From: Synechococcales cyanobacterium bin59.metabat.ball.084
GTDB lineage: Bacteria > Cyanobacteriota > Cyanobacteriia > Cyanobacteriales > Chamaesiphonaceae
DNA: 22,564 nt
Direction of reading: 5' to 3'
Assembly: GCA_013297675.1 (NCBI GenBank)
Contig: JAAFHZ010000070.1
Location: 1-22,564 of the forward strand
The notes under the pieces: generated by a model
Seen by the model: the letters and a program-made list of their open reading frames with translations, nothing else
Database searches by the model: none
What the model was told of the DNA's origin: nothing
Shown here: in pieces, positions 8,868 to 15,484 of the stretch
Position numbering within the stretch: the first letter of the stretch is position 1
Layout of the letters: each line of letters opens with the position of its first letter
Position numbers and translations under genes: made by a program

Positions 8868-11012
8868 TTGACCTTCAATGTCAGCCTATTGATTTTTATG
8901 ATGAACTCTAACTTTTTTGCTAAATCTATTGCCTTCTGGAGCCTACTTAGCATTTGGGTTTCTTTCAGCCCTGTAGCACTCAGTCGTGGCAACGAATTTG
9001 GTGGCAAAGAAGTGACCCTTGATGCCGCCACGGCTCAGAGCCTAGGAATTAAAACTACACCAGTCCAACGGCAAAAGCTGCCAGTAGAAATTGTGGCCAC
9101 TGGCCAAATTGAGCTGTTGCCCAACCAAAAAGTAGAAATCACCTCACCGATCAAAGGAAAAATTTTGCAGCTATTGGTACAGCCAAGAGCCACCGTGAAA
9201 GCTGGTCAGACAGTAGCCACTATGACCAATCCAGAACCAAGAGATCTACGAGTAGCCGCCCCAGAAAAAAAACATGAACCTACGGCCAGCTTACGGCAGG
9301 CTCAAGCCGAATTACAGCTTGCCCAAGAAGGCTATCGCCGCATTGCACAAATTGTTCAGGCCGACCAAGACCAAGCACTGAGTCAGCTAGCTGCGGCTCA
9401 AGCACGCTTGCTCAAAGAGAAGCAGTCAGTCAACGGCGGAGCTTTATTGCAGACAGCTAAAACTAACTACCTGCGCCAGCAGCAAATTTCTAGAGCCGAA
9501 ATTAGCGCCGCACAGTCCACGGTTAACTTTGCCGCAGAGCGTTACCAAGTAGATCTCAAATCGGCTGCCGATGGCATTGGTACCCGCCGACAAGCATTAG
9601 AGTCCCAAGCCCGCCTAGCCGAAGCTCGGGCAGGGTTGGCTAAAGCATTAGATCAACCCAAACTAATTCAGGCCGAGTCTGAGCTGCGCAGGGCTAAAAA
9701 TGATTTGCCAGTGGGAGAACTGCGAGCAGCCGAAAAACAGGTTGTTGAGGCCAAAGGTAAACTGGCTAAAGCCCTGAACCAGAAAGCTTTAATAGAAGCC
9801 GATCGCCAACTGCGCAAAGCTAAAGCAGCAATTTTGGCTGCCCAAACTCGGCAAAGCCCTAGTGCTGCTATCTATGACTCGCGGGCAACTCAGCTTGGGA
9901 CTAGTGGTGCCAGTGGCATTATTACCGTTAAATCACCGATCGATGGCACTGTGGCAGATCGAGATATTACGGCTGGTCAATCGGTGCCGGAAGCCGGAGC
10001 TAAAATTATGACCATCACCAACGATCAACAGGTTTTTGCCACAGCCAATATCTATGGAAGAGATCTGGCTAAAGTTAAGCTAGGCCAAGAGGCCAGAGTA
10101 AAAGTTGGCAAGGAAACTTTGACCGGAACAGTCAGCCGCATTGGCAGTGCGATCGATAGTCAAAGCCGGGTATTGCCGGTGCAAGTAGCATTACGCAACG
10201 CAGGAAACATGAAACCGGGCATGTCTGTAGAGTTACGGCTGGTCACTGACGATATCACTGAGCCGATCGTGGCAGTGCCCAACACCGCAATTGTAGAAGT
10301 GGATGGCCGGAAACTGGTCTATGTGCAAAATGGTACTGCCTATCAACCCGTGACCGTGGAGCTAGGTCAAACCATTGGAGATTTTGTAGAAGTCAAATCT
10401 GGGCTGTTTGTTGGTGATGAGGTTGTCACTCAACGCGCTTTTCAGCTTTATTCCCAGTCTCTGCAAGCACCTGCCCATGAGCCTAATCATGAGCAGGGCG
10501 CTGCTAAAACCACTGCCCCAATCGGTAGCAAAATACCTGTTAACTTCAAAATTCCTGTTAACTTACTGTGGCTGACCTTGCCGGGAGTAATTACTGCGGG
10601 TGGCGCTTGGTGGTGGTTTAAAAAAACTAAAAATCAAGACAGCAATGATACCGGTGTTTTCGAGACCAGTTTTTTGGAGGCAGATGTGTTAGATGCAGAA
10701 GTGTTGGAGGCAGAGATTGTCAGCGAACGACCCAATCCACTTTGGCAGCAATCGCACTATACAGACGATCACAGTGTCGCCGATCACCAGATTCCTACTT
10801 ATGATGTGGATGCTGAAGCTATTTATTCAGGTTCGCTGGTCATAGAGACCGCAGAGGTATCGGTAAATCGTGAGGTCAAAGCCGAAACTGTTGTAGTTAC
10901 TCCAGAGGCAGTGAATAAGCTATTGAATCAATCTGCAAAAAATGAGTTTGGGGCAAATTCTAAAATAATTACAATGCTGAATAACCTGCTGAAAAAATCG
11001 GCAACCAAATAA
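8868..11012 (+). CDS. HlyD/CzcB-type membrane-fusion (periplasmic adaptor) protein with a long coiled coil, an extra C-terminal TM helix and an acidic tail
   Basis: 714 aa. The TTG at 8868 is the ORF-track start; ATG ATG at 8898 (MMNSNFF...) is more plausible. It has a signal/TM segment, KEVTLDAATAQSLGIKTTPV, a lipoyl-like hairpin, a ~200-aa coiled coil, beta-barrel/MPD motifs (IDGTVADRDITAGQSV; VELRLVTD) and a second TM (LLWLTLPGVITAGGAWWWFKK). Confidence 0.8.
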   Translation: MTFNVSLLIFMMNSNFFAKSIAFWSLLSIWVSFSPVALSRGNEFGGKEVTLDAATAQSLGIKTTPVQRQKLPVEIVATGQIELLPNQKVEITSPIKGKILQLLVQPRATVKAGQTVATMTNPEPRDLRVAAPEKKHEPTASLRQAQAELQLAQEGYRRIAQIVQADQDQALSQLAAAQARLLKEKQSVNGGALLQTAKTNYLRQQQISRAEISAAQSTVNFAAERYQVDLKSAADGIGTRRQALESQARLAEARAGLAKALDQPKLIQAESELRRAKNDLPVGELRAAEKQVVEAKGKLAKALNQKALIEADRQLRKAKAAILAAQTRQSPSAAIYDSRATQLGTSGASGIITVKSPIDGTVADRDITAGQSVPEAGAKIMTITNDQQVFATANIYGRDLAKVKLGQEARVKVGKETLTGTVSRIGSAIDSQSRVLPVQVALRNAGNMKPGMSVELRLVTDDITEPIVAVPNTAIVEVDGRKLVYVQNGTAYQPVTVELGQTIGDFVEVKSGLFVGDEVVTQRAFQLYSQSLQAPAHEPNHEQGAAKTTAPIGSKIPVNFKIPVNLLWLTLPGVITAGGAWWWFKKTKNQDSNDTGVFETSFLEADVLDAEVLEAEIVSERPNPLWQQSHYTDDHSVADHQIPTYDVDAEAIYSGSLVIETAEVSVNREVKAETVVVTPEAVNKLLNQSAKNEFGANSKIITMLNNLLKKSATK

Positions 11013-11119
11013 TTTTGGTAAGACAAGTCCAAATTAAGTTCGATCGAGCGGCGCGTTACGAACTGAGCATGAAGCAGCAGAATCAGGAAATATCTACGAT
11101 AAGTATGATAGTATTTACT

Positions 11120-11288
11120 TTCGTTTCGGTTTTAACGGGAATCAGCCGTTAAAAGTAATGGGGAAAGAGTAGTAATAATCTACCGCTGTCCCGCAACTGT
11201 GATGAGTCATTAGTTTCTAATGAATCTCTAAGTCAGAATGCCCGCCGAGACTTGTCAAAACCAATAAAATATCTGCGAGGTACAGATA
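11120..11288 (+). promoter_or_regulatory. Cobalamin (B12) riboswitch, copy 2
   Basis: Paralogous to copy 1: TCGGT (11126-11130) ... GGGGAAAGAGTAGTAATAATCTACCGCTGTCCCGCAACTGTGATG ... AAGTCAGAATGCCCGCCGA (to 11248). The same expression-platform hairpin TATCTG-CGAGGTA-CAGATA is at 11270-11288. Confidence 0.8.
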
Positions 11289-11336
11289 ATGATCAAAATG
11301 AATTTTGCCACTTTTAACTGTCCAATGGGTAAGTAG
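11289..11336 (+). CDS. Possible 15-codon leader mini-ORF (MIKMNFATFNCPMGK*) directly behind riboswitch 2
   Basis: ATG 11289 lies immediately 3' of the platform hairpin, 8 nt after GAGG in the hairpin loop. The TAG stop at 11334-11336 abuts the TTG (11337) that opens the next ORF in the same frame. Confidence 0.2.
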   Translation: MIKMNFATFNCPMGK

Positions 11337-11762
11337 TTGAAAAAATCTACCCCTTGGCAAGCAGCATTTGTGCGCGATAACTTTCCGGTAATCGGCTATC
11401 TTGCTTGGAACGGTTTTAAACAGCAAGGTTGGGGAATACTAGTTTGTAGTATTGATCCCCTGCCGTTAAATGTTGATTTGATGTTGCATACCTGGAACTT
11501 CATTCCACAATTTGTGTCAAATCAAAATATAGCTGGTTGTTTATCAGAGTTCGCTGTATCCCCGGCGGAAGTCACTACCTTGGTGACTGCAATTCAACAA
11601 TACAATCCCTATCAAGAGATCATGCTTCTGATTCGCTGTGGCAAGTCAGTTGAAGTCTGTTGGCTGAAAAATCTAGCTAGTACTCCATTGGAATGCTATG
11701 AGCAGGTGCTAGATCGCTGGGATGAATTCATGCTGGATACCCTTGATCATGCCTCAATCTAG
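11337..11762 (+). CDS. Hypothetical protein (141 aa), first sizeable ORF behind riboswitch 2
   Basis: The open frame runs from TTG 11337 (alternative GTG 11370) and ends 25 bp before the desaturase gene. I recognise no family. Confidence 0.55.
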   Translation: MKKSTPWQAAFVRDNFPVIGYLAWNGFKQQGWGILVCSIDPLPLNVDLMLHTWNFIPQFVSNQNIAGCLSEFAVSPAEVTTLVTAIQQYNPYQEIMLLIRCGKSVEVCWLKNLASTPLECYEQVLDRWDEFMLDTLDHASI

Positions 11763-11787
11763 TTGTTTACCAGAGTATTTTAATTAA

Positions 11788-12927
11788 ATGTCAGATGTGA
11801 TTAAAAAGTCGGATTTTGTGATTACTCCCTACATGAAGAGTAGTAACTGGCGGGCAACCTATCAAATTTTAAATACGGTCATACCCTATCTATTGTTGTG
11901 GTTTTTGGCAGTAAAAGCTGTACCAGTTTCCCTATGGTTACTGCCACCAATTATGGTTTTAATGACGCTCTTTTCGGTGCGCTGCTTTTCTTTGATGCAT
12001 GACTGCGGACATTATTCGCTTTTTACCTCCAAAAAAATCAATCGGGTGGTGGGCTTTTTCCTGGGGGTAATTAATGCCATTCCTCAATATCCTTGGTCAC
12101 GGGGACATGCTTATCACCACAAAACCAATGGTGATTGGGAGCGCTATCGAGGACCATCGGGCTTAGTTTCAACTGAAGAGTTTGCTAAGCTCAGCACCTC
12201 TGCACAAAAGCACTACGAATTACTGCGACAGCCTTGGATGATTATTCCTGGTGGTTTTTTCTATCTGGCAATTAAGCCCAGAATGCAGTTGATATTGGGC
12301 ATTTATGGTTTAATTCGCCATGCCTTCGCCTGCTGGAAAAACCAATCAGGATTGAGCCTGTCAAAAATTTTCACTTCCTATGAATCTAGAAATTGGTATA
12401 CGACTGCTGAGTTTTGGGATTTGCTCTTAAATAATATCTGTGTGGTTGGTGCTTGGATTACTCTGAGTAACTGGCTGGGTGCTGGGTTCTTTTTAGGTAT
12501 TTACTCAGTTACCCTGACTTTTTCGGCAGCGATCTTTATTTGTGTATTCTTTGTTCAACACAACTTTGAGGGGTCTTACGCTCACAAAACCGAGGGTTGG
12601 GATTATTTATTGGGGGCGATCGAAGGCAGTAGCTATCTAAAGCTACCGGCGATCTTAAATTGGTTTTCGGCAGATATTGGATATCACAATATTCATCACC
12701 TTTCTGAGCGGATTCCTAATTACAATTTAGCAGCTTGCCATCAAGAAAATGCTCATCTTTTGGCTAAGGCTAAGGTTTTACGCCTAGCAGATATAACCGG
12801 TTGCTTTGGTTTCTTGTTGTGGGATGCGGCCTCGAATAGTTTAGTGTCGATCGACTCATTTCGTCGGGATGCTTTGGCCAAGACTGATGCCCAGATACCT
12901 GTTTTGGTTAGTGTTGCCAATCCATAG
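11788..12927 (+). CDS. Membrane fatty-acid desaturase family (di-iron, three His boxes)
   Basis: 379 aa with His boxes HDCGH, HAYHH and HNIHH, plus QHNFEG. Hydrophobic segments flank the boxes. Confidence 0.9.
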   Translation: MSDVIKKSDFVITPYMKSSNWRATYQILNTVIPYLLLWFLAVKAVPVSLWLLPPIMVLMTLFSVRCFSLMHDCGHYSLFTSKKINRVVGFFLGVINAIPQYPWSRGHAYHHKTNGDWERYRGPSGLVSTEEFAKLSTSAQKHYELLRQPWMIIPGGFFYLAIKPRMQLILGIYGLIRHAFACWKNQSGLSLSKIFTSYESRNWYTTAEFWDLLLNNICVVGAWITLSNWLGAGFFLGIYSVTLTFSAAIFICVFFVQHNFEGSYAHKTEGWDYLLGAIEGSSYLKLPAILNWFSADIGYHNIHHLSERIPNYNLAACHQENAHLLAKAKVLRLADITGCFGFLLWDAASNSLVSIDSFRRDALAKTDAQIPVLVSVANP

Positions 12928-12950
12928 ATTTTAAAATCTTGATGGGCTTT

Positions 12951-12990
12951 CCCTGGAATTTCCTGCGGGTGATTCCAGGGAATTTTTGTT
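12951..12990 (+). terminator. Rho-independent terminator after the desaturase gene
   Basis: Stem ccctggaat (12951-12959) pairs with attccaggg (12972-12980), followed by aatttttgtt. Confidence 0.7.
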
Positions 12991-13010
12991 GCTGGATATG
13001 GACTAGATGC

Positions 13011-13082
13011 CTAATTGGACATAATTGGACTTAATTGGCTATAATCGGCTCATTAATTGGACATGGTGGCTAATTTGGTGAC
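13011..13082. promoter_or_regulatory. Phased 10-bp iterons (TAATTGGAC-like) with an embedded TATAAT, overlapping the Fic gene start
   Basis: cTAATTGGAC (13011-20), aTAATTGGAC (13021-30), tTAATTGGCT (13031-40), aTAATCGGCT (13041-50), TAATTGGAC (13054-62) and TAATTTGGTGAC (13071-82). TATAAT is at 13040-13045, with TTGGAC at 13015-13020. Confidence 0.5.
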
Positions 13083-14121
13083 AGATATAGAGATTCTGAT
13101 CAGTCAAGAAGTTCTGCGGCTGATTGCGGAGATTGATGAATTTAAGGGCAGATGGCGGGCGCTGAATGCGTTGGCACCCGATCGATTAGCGGCGCTGCGC
13201 AAGGTGGCGACGATCGAAAGCATTGGTTCTTCCACGCGCATTGAAGGGGCACGGTTATCCGATCGACAGGTGCAAGCCCTACTCTCAAATTTGGGTAAGC
13301 AAAGCTTTGCTTCTAGAGATGAAGAAGAGGTTGCCGGTTATGCGGAGGTGATGGATTTGGTTTTTGCCAATTGGGAAGCGATTCCTTTTACTGAAAACTA
13401 CATTAAGCAATTGCATCAGATGCTGCTCAAACATAGTTTTCGAGACGAACGACATCGGGGTGAATACAAGAAGTTCTCTAATAGTGTCCAGGCTTTTGAT
13501 AGTGATGGGAATAGTTTAGGGGTGGTGTTTGAAACCACTTCGCCTTTTGATACACCTAGTCGAATGGCCGATATAGTGATCTGGACACAAGAGAATTTAT
13601 TGACAGCCAAGATTCACCCGCTGTTAACTATTAGTGTTTTTATTGTACAGTTCTTGGCGATTCACCCTTTTCAGGATGGTAATGGTCGGTTATCGCGAGT
13701 ACTGACCACATTGCTATTGTTGAAAGCCGGTTATATTTATGTACCCTATTCTTCGCTAGAAAGTATCATTGAAGAAAGCAAAGAAGGATACTATTTAGCT
13801 TTGCGTCAAACTCAGAATACTTTATTTCAAGATCCTAATTGGGAACCATGGCTATTGTTTTTTCTACGAGCTTTACAGCGACAGAAAAACCGTTTACAGG
13901 TGAAGATGGACAATGAAAAAATCATGGCTTCTACTCTGCCTGCACTATCGGTGAGCATTTTAGAATTAGCGAAGGAACATGGACGGGTAACAACTCAGGG
14001 AATTGAGCAGGCTACCGGGGAAAGTCGCAGTACAATTAAGGCGCGACTTAAGCAGTTAACGGACGATCAGCTATTAGTTCGCTATGGTCAAGGTCGATCG
14101 ACTTGGTATGCACTGAGCTAG
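13057..14121 (+). CDS. Fic-family AMPylase, class II (N-terminal inhibitory helix), with a C-terminal winged-HTH
   Basis: The canonical FIC motif HPFQDGNGRLSR begins at H203. The inhibitory motif S-x-x-x-E-G is SSTRIEG (S59-G64). The C-terminal segment ILELAKEHGRVTTQGIEQATGESRSTIKARLKQL looks wHTH-like. The start may be ATG 13063 rather than TTG 13057. Confidence 0.92.
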   Translation: MDMVANLVTDIEILISQEVLRLIAEIDEFKGRWRALNALAPDRLAALRKVATIESIGSSTRIEGARLSDRQVQALLSNLGKQSFASRDEEEVAGYAEVMDLVFANWEAIPFTENYIKQLHQMLLKHSFRDERHRGEYKKFSNSVQAFDSDGNSLGVVFETTSPFDTPSRMADIVIWTQENLLTAKIHPLLTISVFIVQFLAIHPFQDGNGRLSRVLTTLLLLKAGYIYVPYSSLESIIEESKEGYYLALRQTQNTLFQDPNWEPWLLFFLRALQRQKNRLQVKMDNEKIMASTLPALSVSILELAKEHGRVTTQGIEQATGESRSTIKARLKQLTDDQLLVRYGQGRSTWYALS

Positions 14122-14260
14122 CTTTATAGAGTTAATGCACTATGCAGGAATTATTGATTCAAGACCAAGCTGTTCACAAATATTAATCGGTGGTCATGTC
14201 TTTCTACTTAATTGATGCCTTTATAATAACAGTGGATTTCTTCTGACCTTCTAGAAATGT

Positions 14261-15484
14261 ATGGCTATTTATATCATCAGACCGAAACAAACTGCTGTTG
14301 CCCGATCGATGGATTTAATTTCCAGAAAGCTGGCCTCGAAAGATCGAGAAGACCAAGTAGCTGAAGTGACTGAATTACAAGCACAAGATCCAATCCAGAA
14401 AGAGATTCAGCATTGGATAGAAGATGAACAACATGGCAGTAACATTCGGGTACTGAAAAGTCCAAAGTTGCCGGGGGTAACGGGAGCAGCCGTTCTGGAT
14501 ATGACAGATGAAGTTGCTGATCGAATGCGGGAAGATTTATCGGGAATTTACGTTTTGAAAGATCAGCCGATCGAATTAATTCAGCCTGTCAAGCTAACTG
14601 CGACCTCGAAGAGAGAAGAAGAGCTGAATGTAGAAGACCTTTGGCATCTGCGGGCGATCGGCTACCAACCAGGCAAAGGTCTGACAGGCGAAGGACAAGG
14701 CATCGGTGTTGCGGTGTTAGATACAGGGGTAGATTCATCACATCCGGCTCTCCGAGGAAAAGTAGCGAGTGCCTATGAGTTTGATGCTCAAGCTTGGAAA
14801 ACTATTCAAAAGCCTAATTCACTGGATACGGAAGGTCATGGAACTCATGTAGCTGGATTGATTGCTGGTCAACGGATTGGTGTTGCTCCTGCAGCGAAGC
14901 TGTTTAGTGGCATTATTACTCCGAAAGGACGTGGAGACCTTTCTACTTTTATTTTGGCTTTGGAGTGGGTGGCAACTCAGCCAGAAATTCAGATTGTCAA
15001 TATCTCTGCTGGTTTTAGGGGATATTTGCCCCAGATGGATGATGTGATTGCTGATTTGCTGGCAATCGGGGTATTACCAGTTTGTGCAACGGGGAATGAT
15101 GGCAGAAATCGTACTTGTAGCCCCGGCAATTATCGGGATGTGATTTCGGTGGGGGCGGCAAATAAGCAAAATCTGGTGGCTAGTTTTAGTAGCGGTGGTA
15201 CTTTGGCGATCGAGAATCATCAGTATACGGTGCCAAATTTGGTGGCACCGGGGGCAAGTGTTTATTCTGCGGTGGTGACTGGGGGCTATGAAGCTTGGGA
15301 TGGTACTTCGATGGCAACACCAATTGTATCTGGGGTGGCGGCTTTGATTTTAGAAAAGTATCCAAATATGACTGTCACTGATCTGCGAGAAGAATTATTA
15401 TTGAGGTGTCAGGATTTGAAACAGCCGGTCGATCGACAGGGTGCCGGATTGATCCAATTGGAGCCAACTCGTGAATCTAAATGA
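14261..15484 (+). CDS. S8 (subtilisin-like) serine peptidase with no signal peptide and an N-terminal prodomain-like region
   Basis: The catalytic triad motifs are VAVLDTGVD (D154), HGTHVAG (H193) and GTSMATP (S350), with the oxyanion Asn in CATGNDG. The N-terminus MAIYIIRPKQTAVARS is not hydrophobic. The stop at 15482-15484 overlaps the next ORF. Confidence 0.92.
   Translation: MAIYIIRPKQTAVARSMDLISRKLASKDREDQVAEVTELQAQDPIQKEIQHWIEDEQHGSNIRVLKSPKLPGVTGAAVLDMTDEVADRMREDLSGIYVLKDQPIELIQPVKLTATSKREEELNVEDLWHLRAIGYQPGKGLTGEGQGIGVAVLDTGVDSSHPALRGKVASAYEFDAQAWKTIQKPNSLDTEGHGTHVAGLIAGQRIGVAPAAKLFSGIITPKGRGDLSTFILALEWVATQPEIQIVNISAGFRGYLPQMDDVIADLLAIGVLPVCATGNDGRNRTCSPGNYRDVISVGAANKQNLVASFSSGGTLAIENHQYTVPNLVAPGASVYSAVVTGGYEAWDGTSMATPIVSGVAALILEKYPNMTVTDLREELLLRCQDLKQPVDRQGAGLIQLEPTRESK

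Noticed and set aside
14184-14215. TAATCGG / TAATTGA words upstream of the S8 gene, considered as extra copies of the Fic-promoter iteron
   Set aside because: There are only two degenerate AT-rich 7-mers and they are not phased. I mention them inside a finding as a caveat, but they are not sufficient for a separate regulatory-site call.
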